Source: Nitrospirota bacterium (GTDB taxonomy: Bacteria; Nitrospirota; Thermodesulfovibrionia; Thermodesulfovibrionales; Dissulfurispiraceae). Taken from it: a stretch of 64,000 nt of DNA. Location: positions 9,016 to 73,015 of the forward strand of contig JBBITU010000001.1 of assembly GCA_037440605.1 (NCBI GenBank), in the 5' to 3' direction. Position 1 is the stretch's first letter; each line of letters opens with the position of its first letter. A program made the translations under genes and the position numbers. The notes below the pieces were generated by a model. That model was not told the DNA's origin. It saw nothing but the letters and a program-made list of their open reading frames with translations, and did not search any database. Shown in pieces: positions 44,101 to 52,697 of this stretch.

Positions 44101-45072
44101 CTAAAGGGGGCTCGTGCATCTGGAACATAGAGGGATTTTACTGAATTCATGCTTTAGGTGAATGTCCCTGAGTCTTCTCAGTCGGGGGCTGTTCCAGATA
44201 TCCTTAAGACTTTCCCTCGAAACATCACCGATGACTAACGCCCCTTCAGAATCATAACAGCATGGAGAGACTCTGCCGTCAAAATATACCGTGAGATTTT
44301 TCCAAAGCATCCTACACGGGCGATGAACCTTTTGGCGGGAGTTTTTGTTTATAGCCATGTCCTGGACGTTCCCTGCCCAGTCATTATAATCAGCTACCTG
44401 TATTATATCGCCTGCACCTATTTTTGCTGACCATTGTGAACGGAAATCCTCTATCTCAGCCTCTGTAGCCTTCATCCTGATGATGCGAAGCACAAGACGC
44501 GGAGTTTTTTTACTTCCCCTAATCTTTAAAAACCGATGGATATTCTCCATTACTATTTTAAAACTACTATTTACCCTCACAGATTCATACGTCTCTGCAG
44601 TAGTTCCATCTATTGTAATTACGATCGCATCAACAAGGTCCATAAGTTCATACGATGCTTCTTCTTCAAAACGCAACCCATTTGATAAAACTAATATAGG
44701 GCATATGCCAGCATCATGCGCAAAGCCAATGAGTTGATAGTATTCTTTATGCAGTAATGGCTCTCCGAATCCCTGAGGCAGAAAGAGAAACCCAGACTCT
44801 TTAGAGAGTTCAATTACCGTTTTTTTGAAAATCTCCTTTTCCATATATCCCCGTTTCCGCTTCATCTGCGGCACAGGGCACATTACGCATCTGAGATTGC
44901 AATGATTCGTGAGTTCAAGTGCCATCTCAAGGGGGAAATCAATCCCTTCCCATTGCATTGGGTCGCATGACGATAGCTTTCGGGCATTAAATAAATACTT
45001 CTGTTCTTTTTTGGGAAGGAAAAGCTCTTTCAGGAAAGCGAGTTCATCAGACAATTCATCTTTTTCAACCAT
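44101..45072 (-). CDS. radical SAM enzyme with C-terminal SPASM-like Cys cluster
   Basis: CNLRCVMC (CX3CX2C) at the N-terminus. C-terminal cysteines at CRMLW...SPCCYD...PLCSRC. Its stop abuts the start of 42118..44100. Confidence 0.8.
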   Translation of the reverse strand: MVEKDELSDELAFLKELFLPKKEQKYLFNARKLSSCDPMQWEGIDFPLEMALELTNHCNLRCVMCPVPQMKRKRGYMEKEIFKKTVIELSKESGFLFLPQGFGEPLLHKEYYQLIGFAHDAGICPILVLSNGLRFEEEASYELMDLVDAIVITIDGTTAETYESVRVNSSFKIVMENIHRFLKIRGSKKTPRLVLRIIRMKATEAEIEDFRSQWSAKIGAGDIIQVADYNDWAGNVQDMAINKNSRQKVHRPCRMLWKNLTVYFDGRVSPCCYDSEGALVIGDVSRESLKDIWNSPRLRRLRDIHLKHEFSKIPLCSRCTSPL

Positions 45073-45178
45073 ATATATGCTATTATAACATAGTATAGTA
45101 GCTGTTCAATGACCTTGAATCTGGTCATAGGCATTAAATTTGCGCAATGTTTTTAAATTGCCCTAATGGAGGTTTTGC

Positions 45179-47476
45179 ATGAGTAAGAGAATCTTTGGGG
45201 TAAGGACAGCCATGAGCTTTCTTGCAGGCATAATACTGCTTATAGCATTTACAGTCTTGACTGTATCTGGGGCTTATGGAGTGATTACAGAACAACAAAA
45301 GACACCGTTTAAGATCCTCAATGCCGTTGCCTCCGGTCAGCCTTACGATATTATTGTTCTTTTTGATGACACTATCATTAAAAGCAAGGCTGATGCAATG
45401 CGCCGGGATATCGGAGTTTACCACGACACACCTGAAATACTCAAAATGAAAGAGTCAGAATACGCTTCTCTGAAACGAAAAGTTACAGGATTTCTTCCTG
45501 CAGGAGAACAACAATCCATAAAGGAATACAGTCATCTTCCTATGACTTTTATGAGGGTGATGAGCATAGAAAGTCTTACGAAGCTTTTGAATATGCCTGA
45601 GGTAGTTAGAGTATATGAGAACAGGATCAGATACCCGGTTTTTTCTTCCAGTATTCCTTTCATTAACAAGCCTCAGGTGGCAGCGCTTAATATGAAAGGG
45701 GCTGAAACTGCAATTGTGGTGCTTGATACAGGGCTTAAATATAGCAACTCAGCCTTTGGCATCTGCTCTGGCGCTAATAAACCTGCTGATTGCTGTCCTG
45801 GAGGCGATTGCAATACTGCCCCACCTTTTGCTCCACGAGACTGTAATGTTGCATGTGTTCATAATTTTGCGCCAAATGATGGACAGCCTGACGCTGACGG
45901 ATATGGGACTAATGCTGCAAGCATTGTTGTTGGTGTTGCCCCTGATACAAAGGTTATAGGTCTCGATGTCTTTACAGATGCAGGCGCCTATGACTCTGAC
46001 ATAATCGCTGCAATCAACTGGTCTATAGCTAAAAAGGCAGCTTATAATATCGTCGCCATTAATATGAATTTTGGTGACGGCATTAAATACACTTCACAAT
46101 GTCCTGATGACTCTTTGGCATCTTCTATAAGTAGCGCCAGAGCTGCCGGGATATTATCTGTTATTGCAGCAGGGAATGAAAACTATACGAATGGTCTTTC
46201 CTCGCCTGCCTGTGTTCCTGATGCAATCTCTGTAGGTGCCGTGTATGAATCGAATATAGGAGGAGTAAGCTATTCCAACTGCACCGATTCGACCACAGCA
46301 GCGGACAAGGCAGCCTGCTTTTCTAACAGCGCTGACTATCTGAGCATATTAGCTCCGGGTTCTTATATGACTGCGTCAGGGTTTGCCATGCTTGGAACTT
46401 CACATGCCGCTGCTTACATAGCAGGCTCGATTGCGGTTTTGCGCGGGCAAAATGCCTTCCCTTCAGAGACTATAAATCAAACCGCTGCCAGATTGACCAA
46501 TACAGAAGTCTTTGTGCTCGACCAAAAAAGCGGCATCACCAAGCCAAGGGTTAATCTCCTCTCAGCAGTTAGTGCAGCCGAGGCTGAATTCTCCATTTCG
46601 GGCATAGTGCTATCTGGAACCACTCCACTTTACGGAGTTACTATGACCTTGAGCGGAGCAGCATCTGCAACTGCTATAACAAACCGTATGGGCAGTTACA
46701 GCTTCACAGGTCTTGGAAATGGCAGCTATACCGTGACTCCATCAAAGGCAGGGTTTGTCTTTGGTCCACAATACAAAAGCATTACGATAGAAAATTCAAA
46801 TATGCCTGATATAAACTTCGAAGCAACAGGCAGCGGCGGGTGCACATACACAATCTCACCCAAGAGCCAATCATTCACAACAGGAGGCGGCAGCGGCAGT
46901 GTGGCAGTTGCAGCAGGCGCTGGCTGTGCATGGACAGCAGTGAGTAATGCTGCATGGATTACTATTACAGGAGGCAGCAGCGGGAGCGGAAATGGAACAG
47001 TTAACTATTATGTTTCATCAAACACAGGTTCAGCAAGAACAGGGACGATGACAATTGCAAAACAGACATTCTCTGTTAGTCAGTCTGGGACAGGAGGCTC
47101 TTTATTGCCAGACCTCATAGTAACCTCCGTTCTTGCGCCGAGGGGCTGGGACAACAATGTGCAAGGGACAGTTACGGTAGCGATAAAAAATATTGGAAGC
47201 AATGCCGCAGGCGCCTTTAAGGTAAAGGGATACTTCTCTGTCGATCAGATACCAAATAACGGAGGGACGCCCAAAGATTCTCTCCTCTTCACATGGTATG
47301 TGACAGGCGGACTTGCCGCGGGTCAGACAAGGAGTCGGACATTTACTTGTTCTTTTAGTGGTTTCCCAATCCATGCATCCTATTATGTTGTCGTCAAGGT
47401 TGATTCTGACAATCAGGTGTCAGAGAGCAATGAATCTAACAATGTAAAAACTTATCTTGTTAATGTATCAAGATAA
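45179..47476 (+). CDS. subtilisin-like (S8) protein with atypical catalytic site, followed by CarboxypepD_reg-like, BACON-like and CARDB domains
   Basis: N-terminal anchor/signal. S8 motifs VVLDTG (D183), GYGTNAASIVVG where HGTHVAG is expected (Y242), AAGNEN, and GTSHAAAYIAG (S408). Then SISGIVLSG...GSYTVTPSKAGF, then GCTYTISP...CAWTAVSNAAWITI, then the CARDB tail. Confidence 0.8.
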   Translation: MSKRIFGVRTAMSFLAGIILLIAFTVLTVSGAYGVITEQQKTPFKILNAVASGQPYDIIVLFDDTIIKSKADAMRRDIGVYHDTPEILKMKESEYASLKRKVTGFLPAGEQQSIKEYSHLPMTFMRVMSIESLTKLLNMPEVVRVYENRIRYPVFSSSIPFINKPQVAALNMKGAETAIVVLDTGLKYSNSAFGICSGANKPADCCPGGDCNTAPPFAPRDCNVACVHNFAPNDGQPDADGYGTNAASIVVGVAPDTKVIGLDVFTDAGAYDSDIIAAINWSIAKKAAYNIVAINMNFGDGIKYTSQCPDDSLASSISSARAAGILSVIAAGNENYTNGLSSPACVPDAISVGAVYESNIGGVSYSNCTDSTTAADKAACFSNSADYLSILAPGSYMTASGFAMLGTSHAAAYIAGSIAVLRGQNAFPSETINQTAARLTNTEVFVLDQKSGITKPRVNLLSAVSAAEAEFSISGIVLSGTTPLYGVTMTLSGAASATAITNRMGSYSFTGLGNGSYTVTPSKAGFVFGPQYKSITIENSNMPDINFEATGSGGCTYTISPKSQSFTTGGGSGSVAVAAGAGCAWTAVSNAAWITITGGSSGSGNGTVNYYVSSNTGSARTGTMTIAKQTFSVSQSGTGGSLLPDLIVTSVLAPRGWDNNVQGTVTVAIKNIGSNAAGAFKVKGYFSVDQIPNNGGTPKDSLLFTWYVTGGLAAGQTRSRTFTCSFSGFPIHASYYVVVKVDSDNQVSESNESNNVKTYLVNVSR

Positions 47477-47671
47477 ACTTAAAAGCCACAGAAACATAGC
47501 GGGACATCCTTTTTGGTTGTTGACTAAAAAATTTGACTGCCAAGACGCCTGTCCTGCTTATATTTTTATACCCAAAACCCTCATGCCGACAAGTCCGGAT
47601 ATTCAAAGCGATTATTTTTGTTGGTTTTTCTGCCCTATATTCTCAATCCCTTAAGGAATATTATTTTTTAC

Positions 47672-48466
47672 ATGAAGGCTCTGCTCTTAAATCTGTTCAG
47701 TGGAAGATACATTCTTAAAACTATGGTCATCAAAGACCTGAAGGCAAGATATGCTGGATCTGTCTTTGGTCCTCTTTGGCTGATTACAACCCCTCTTTAT
47801 CAAATATTCCTCTACACATTTCTTTTTTCTACAATAATGAAGGTGCGCTTTGAGGAAGATGCGGGGACATCATCTTTTGTAGTTTATCTGCTTGCCGGAT
47901 TAATCCCATGGCTTTTTTTTTCTGAGGCGACTATAAGGGGAATCTCAGCCTTTAATGATAACGCCCATATCATAAAGAAAGTGAAATTTCCAATGGAGGT
48001 ATGCATAGCCTCTGTGATTATCTCATCTGCCATTACCTTTTTTGTATATCTCGTATTTTATTTAGCAATGCTTGTAGTAACCGGGTTTCTAAAAATTAAT
48101 ACCGCTCCATTATTCATATTGCCATTTCTGATACAAGTGCTTCTGATATCGGGACTTTCGTTAGGACTGGGAAGCATTGCTGTCTTTTTTAGGGATATCA
48201 CTCAGATAACCACCATGGCTCTTAACCTTTTTTTCTTTCTCACCCCCATTGTTTATCCCCCTTCGGCGATTCCCCAGAATGTCAGGTGGGTTTTTGATAT
48301 CAATCCCTTTTACTTTATCGTAGAGATGTATCGCAATGTCCTTATCAAAGGTATATTACCAACTCCGGTTTCAGTTTTATATCCTTCTATTGCGGCTGTG
48401 GTAATATTTTTTGCTGGCTATTATATTTTCACTAAGACAAAAGAAGCATTCAAAGATATACTGTAA
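47672..48466 (+). CDS. wzm: ABC-2 type polysaccharide export permease (Wzm/TagG-like)
   Basis: IKDLKARYAGSVFGPLWLI... signature start of ABC-2 permeases, with 6 TM segments. The ATG at 47672 is chosen over the track start at 47618. Confidence 0.8.
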   Translation: MKALLLNLFSGRYILKTMVIKDLKARYAGSVFGPLWLITTPLYQIFLYTFLFSTIMKVRFEEDAGTSSFVVYLLAGLIPWLFFSEATIRGISAFNDNAHIIKKVKFPMEVCIASVIISSAITFFVYLVFYLAMLVVTGFLKINTAPLFILPFLIQVLLISGLSLGLGSIAVFFRDITQITTMALNLFFFLTPIVYPPSAIPQNVRWVFDINPFYFIVEMYRNVLIKGILPTPVSVLYPSIAAVVIFFAGYYIFTKTKEAFKDIL

Positions 48467-49644
48467 TGAAAGACATCGTAGTTAAGGCTGAGAACCTTAT
48501 AAAAGAATATCATATTTATGACAAGCCTCTTGAAAGGCTTAAAGAGCTATTTTTTAGTAAAAAGTATCATAGGGTTTTCAGGGCATTAGGACCTCTAAAT
48601 ATTGAGGTGTATAAAGGTGAAGCCTTGGGTATCATTGGGGAAAACGGCGCTGGTAAGAGCACTTTCCTGAAACTCGCCGCAGGAGTTATAGAACCTTCCG
48701 CTGGGACAATTTCTGTAAAAGGGAAAGTCTCCTCCATACTGGAACTCGGCACAGGTTTCAATCCTGAATTCACAGGAAGGGAGAATGTAGTTCTCAATGG
48801 TGCGCTTCTTGGGCTTTCTACATCTGAGATAAACAAGAGGATTGAAAAAATAGAAAGGTTTACCGATATCGGAGAGTTTTTTGATATGCCTGTAAAGACA
48901 TATTCATCTGGGATGTATATGAGGCTTGCCTTTTCCCTCGCCGTCCATGTTGATGCAGAAATAGTAGTAATAGACGAGGTGCTCGCTGTAGGGGATGGCA
49001 TCTATGAAAAGAAGTGCATTGACAGGATATGGGACCTGAGGAGGGCAGGTGTTACTATACTTTTCTGCTCACATTCTCTTTACACTGTTGCAAACTTTTG
49101 TGACAAGGTTATCTGGCTTTGTGAAGGAATTACCCGGGCTGTCGGAGAGACAAAAAATGTGATCTCAAAATATGAAGATTACCTTAGAGAAAAGGAAAAA
49201 AAAGAGATTGATGAAAAATCTGTTCTGATTATAAACGGCAAGAGGGTGGCAGAAATAAAGGGAGTAAGTCTTATTTTAAACGGTAAAACTGTAGAGTCTT
49301 CTATCCCGCATGCATCAGACCTCATAGCAACCCTCGAGTTCGAGATTAATGATGATTCTGATGTTCATGTAGGCTTTGCGGTTGACAGGAATGACGGATT
49401 GTGCTGCTTTGCAGACAGTATGGAAAAACAAAAACTATCACCTTTCCGGGGTCCCGGAAGGGTGAGCATTGCCCTTAAATTCAAGAATCTCCCTCTTTTG
49501 GGAGGCATATACAAGATAGTGTTCTTTTTGCTTGATGAAACAGGTATTTGTATTTTTGATAGAAAAGAATCATCTTTTTTCAAGATTGATACGAAGGAAA
49601 AGAAGTGGGGGGTATGCCATCTCGACTATGAGTGGGAAAAATGA
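48466..49644 (+). CDS. wzt: polysaccharide export ABC ATPase with C-terminal Wzt_C-like carbohydrate-binding extension
   Basis: Walker A GENGAGKST, signature YSSGMYMRLAF, Walker B IVVIDE. An extra ~150-aa beta-rich C-terminal domain follows. Confidence 0.8.
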   Translation: MKDIVVKAENLIKEYHIYDKPLERLKELFFSKKYHRVFRALGPLNIEVYKGEALGIIGENGAGKSTFLKLAAGVIEPSAGTISVKGKVSSILELGTGFNPEFTGRENVVLNGALLGLSTSEINKRIEKIERFTDIGEFFDMPVKTYSSGMYMRLAFSLAVHVDAEIVVIDEVLAVGDGIYEKKCIDRIWDLRRAGVTILFCSHSLYTVANFCDKVIWLCEGITRAVGETKNVISKYEDYLREKEKKEIDEKSVLIINGKRVAEIKGVSLILNGKTVESSIPHASDLIATLEFEINDDSDVHVGFAVDRNDGLCCFADSMEKQKLSPFRGPGRVSIALKFKNLPLLGGIYKIVFFLLDETGICIFDRKESSFFKIDTKEKKWGVCHLDYEWEK

Positions 49645-50738
49645 TGTTATCTGTTGTGATTGTTAATCATAATAGTTCTGATCTTTTGAAGGATTGCCTC
49701 ACTTCTATTATTTCAACAAATGTGAGTGTGCCATTTGAGTTTGTAATAGTGGACAGTGGCTCAAATGAAAATGATGTTAGAGATATTCTCTCACTTGAGG
49801 CTGACAATGTTAAGGTGAGCATAAACAAGGAAAATATAGGCTATGCGATGAGTGTTAATCAGGGAGTAAAAGCAGCAAAGGGCGATATTATTCTCATCAG
49901 CAATCCTGACATAATCTATAGAGCAAACAGCTTAAATATTATGATTTCTGCGCTTTCAGAATTGCCCCGTTGCGGGGCTGTTGGACCTAAGACTTGGTGG
50001 AATAAGGGCATGACCTTTCTCCTTCCTGTAAGCGAAATTATTACTCCATACTGGCTTATAAGGGCTGAGCTAATGAGAATTTCCTCTTTTGCAAGAGATA
50101 AAATACTGAAAGGCTGGATCAGAAAAAATTTGAAATACTTGCTCTCGCAGAAACCCATTCAGCAGGAAATGCTCTCAGGTGCCTGTATTATGATAAAGAG
50201 AGAGATTTTTGAGAGTCTGGGTGGTTTTGACGGTTCTTTTCGGCTATATTTTGAGGACACAGACTTGTGTCTGAGGGTGCAGAAGGCAGGATATCGTCTT
50301 TATATGCTGCCTGAAGCTAAAATTATTCATTACTATAATCAAAGTGCAAAACAGGACAAAGAAACTTCCAATAAAAAATATGAAGCCTCAATGATCAGAT
50401 ATATGGAAAAACATTTTAAAGAAAAGCTCCTTATACCTCAAATTATACAGAGATTTCTAAAAAAACGAAGTGAGGCATCTTTCAACTGGGAATATAGAGG
50501 AAATTTTAGAGATACAACACCTGATTTTACATTTCACGATAACTCTGAGAAGCTTTTTCTGCTCTCTCCTGTGGAATCCCTTATTCCATCGGCATGTTCC
50601 TTCTTTAATGATGCTGCCTTTGCCATTCCTGCTGACCTTTGGGAAATCTTAGGGGAAGGAAGATACTTTGCTAAGGCATTTAACCTCCACACCCTGAAGA
50701 GTTATGGTTCATGGTGTTGGGATAAGCGTAATCATTGA
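49641..50738 (+). CDS. family 2 glycosyltransferase
   Basis: LSVVIVNHNSSDLLKDCLTSI, SNPD and FEDTDLCLR motifs (rhamnosyltransferase-like GT2). It has an ATGA overlap with wzt. Confidence 0.85.
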   Translation: MMLSVVIVNHNSSDLLKDCLTSIISTNVSVPFEFVIVDSGSNENDVRDILSLEADNVKVSINKENIGYAMSVNQGVKAAKGDIILISNPDIIYRANSLNIMISALSELPRCGAVGPKTWWNKGMTFLLPVSEIITPYWLIRAELMRISSFARDKILKGWIRKNLKYLLSQKPIQQEMLSGACIMIKREIFESLGGFDGSFRLYFEDTDLCLRVQKAGYRLYMLPEAKIIHYYNQSAKQDKETSNKKYEASMIRYMEKHFKEKLLIPQIIQRFLKKRSEASFNWEYRGNFRDTTPDFTFHDNSEKLFLLSPVESLIPSACSFFNDAAFAIPADLWEILGEGRYFAKAFNLHTLKSYGSWCWDKRNH

Positions 50739-50750
50739 TACATATCTAAC

Positions 50751-51701
50751 ATGCTCAATATAAGAGAATTTAAAGATAGCGATGAATTGGGTATAAGATC
50801 TCTATTTGTTACCTGCTTTGGAAAAGAACTCTCACACGGTGAATGGCACTGGAAATACAAAGAATCTCCGTGGGGAGCAACTGCATCTATAGCCATGGAT
50901 AACGAAGAAATAATCGCCCATTATGGCGGGCTCAGAGCAAAGTTTTTTTATCAGGATAAAATATTTGATGCTTTGCAGCCTTGCGATGTCATGACACATC
51001 CCAAATTCAGGGCGCGGATATTTTCCAAAAGAGGCGCTATGGTAAAGGCTGGTGAGCATTTTTATAGCAATAATCATATGGATTTTGCTTTTGGCTTCCC
51101 ATCCGAAAGGCATGCCATACTTGGAACAAAACAACTCGGCTATACTGAGCATAGATATATTACGGTCTTGAGAAAAAGCGCAGCGGGATTAAAAAAGACC
51201 CTCATATTGCCCGAAAAAGTTCAGAAAGGATGGGATTCTATCAGCGCAAAAGAGATTGATTCGATATGTAAGGAAGTAAAGGGGACCGCAGGGCTTACCA
51301 TCATTAAAGACAGCCATTATCTATTTTGGCGGTATAGAGATAACCCTATAAGGCGCTACTTGCCGCTTATGGTGAGAACCTGGCTCAGAAATAAACTCAA
51401 GGCTTTTGTCATAATTTCTTTCAGGGATTCTGAGTTGCTTATTCAGGATTTTTTTCATACAGATGCAATAGATATAAAAAATCTTTTCAAGCTTTTAGAA
51501 AAGATAGCTCTTGAGCATAGGCTGCAAAGCATAGTTGCATGGGTCAATCCTAATGAACCCGTCTTTAAGGCATTTATTGATTATGGTTTTGTAGCTGACA
51601 AAGGAATACCATACCTTTTCAGGGTTATCAATGCTGAGGTGCGAGAGGAATTTCTCTTCAATAATTACTGCTACAGAATGGGTGACTACGACTCAAGCTG
51701 A
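50751..51701 (+). CDS. GNAT-fold acyl/acetyltransferase-like protein
   Basis: 316 aa. N-terminal IREFKDSDELGIRSLF pattern typical of GNAT proteins. The assignment is weak. Confidence 0.45.
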   Translation: MLNIREFKDSDELGIRSLFVTCFGKELSHGEWHWKYKESPWGATASIAMDNEEIIAHYGGLRAKFFYQDKIFDALQPCDVMTHPKFRARIFSKRGAMVKAGEHFYSNNHMDFAFGFPSERHAILGTKQLGYTEHRYITVLRKSAAGLKKTLILPEKVQKGWDSISAKEIDSICKEVKGTAGLTIIKDSHYLFWRYRDNPIRRYLPLMVRTWLRNKLKAFVIISFRDSELLIQDFFHTDAIDIKNLFKLLEKIALEHRLQSIVAWVNPNEPVFKAFIDYGFVADKGIPYLFRVINAEVREEFLFNNYCYRMGDYDSS

Positions 51702-51791
51702 CATGTTATCGAGTTTTAGAGAAAATCCCCAATTAGTCCCAAATAAACCAAGTTCTATAAATTATTGATTTGTTGAAGGGTTCTTGTTAGA

Positions 51792-51947
51792 CTAAATAGT
51801 GTCTGTCCATAAACTCTCATTGTATAAAAAGCTGTCATTCCTGCGGAGGCGGGAATCCAGTTATTACAAGCCTTTCTGGATGCCCGACTAAAACACTTCG
51901 GGCATGACGGTAATAAAAAACGGCAATTTATAAACAGACGCTAAATA
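51792..51947. repeat. family B element (ATTCC-hairpin core)
   Basis: CTAAATAGTGTCTGTCCATAAACTCTCATTGTATAAAAAGCTGTCATTCCTGCGGAGGCGGGAATCCAG ... AATTTATAAACAGACGCTAAATA. Confidence 0.8.
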
Positions 51948-52223
51948 GTGTCTGTTTATAAACTCTCATTGTTATAAAAGGCTGTCATTCCCGCGAAGGC
52001 GGGAATCCAGGGTTTCCCACGAAAGTGGGAATCCAATTCCTTATGTCTGGATGCCCGACTAAGGACCCCCGGCTACAAACTTCGAGGGCAGGCTTCGAGC
52101 ATGACGATATATATGACACAAAGGGGTTAAGGCTATTTATGCCTGCTATAGAGAATCTTTAATTGCACTTTTTAAGTGCATCAAACTACAGGGAATTGAT
52201 AGTTAAAGTTTATAAACAGACTC
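51941..52223. repeat. family B element with an enlarged core containing a family A fragment (52137..52185)
   Basis: CTAAATAGTGTCTGTTTATAAACTCTCATTGTTATAAAAGGCTGTCATTCCCGCGAAGGCGGGAATCC ... AGTTTATAAACAGACTCA. Confidence 0.75.
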
Positions 52224-52241
52224 AAGCTACAGGTGATAAAA

Positions 52242-52658
52242 ATGGCTTATGCATTGTGGTGTGATATGTTTAGCATCAAAGTACCATTTATTGATAATCA
52301 GCATAAAAAACTTCTTAACATCGCAAATGATTTTCACAAAGCACGGAATGAAAATAGGGGCAAGGAATCTCTGTTCGAGATACTCAATTCGCTTATTAGA
52401 TATGCTGAACAGCACTTTCGGGATGAAGAGAGGTTAATGGAAGCTGCAGGTTACCCGCCTGACGATATAAAAGAACACAAGAGAATACACGAACAGCTTA
52501 TTAATGACATTTTCAGGCTGCATCAGGATTTCAGTCAATCAGCCGAAAAGACGGTATATGAAATGGAGATGTTTCTCAATAGCTGGCTGATTCAGCATAT
52601 TCTGATAACTGATAAGAAGCTTGAGCTATATTGCAGAGATATTCAGTATTTTGAATGA
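52242..52658 (+). CDS. hemerythrin-like metal-binding protein (bacteriohemerythrin)
   Basis: W.DMFSIKVPFIDNQHKKLL, HFRDEERLM and H..IH..L...H motifs of the hemerythrin four-helix bundle. Confidence 0.85.
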   Translation: MAYALWCDMFSIKVPFIDNQHKKLLNIANDFHKARNENRGKESLFEILNSLIRYAEQHFRDEERLMEAAGYPPDDIKEHKRIHEQLINDIFRLHQDFSQSAEKTVYEMEMFLNSWLIQHILITDKKLELYCRDIQYFE

Positions 52659-52697
52659 TAGTGCAAGTCCCCGTAACCACGGGAGTGATAATCCCTG

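Noticed and set aside
44101-49644. A RiPP biosynthetic cluster interpretation (rSAM/SPASM, subtilase, methyltransferase and ABC transporter).
   Set aside because: The transporter is an ABC-2 Wzm permease plus a Wzt-type ATPase, not a peptide exporter. The rSAM gene is directly joined to a glycosyltransferase gene. The subtilase lacks its catalytic His. I found no small precursor ORF in the flanking gaps. A protein-modifying role for the rSAM is kept as a minor possibility under findings.
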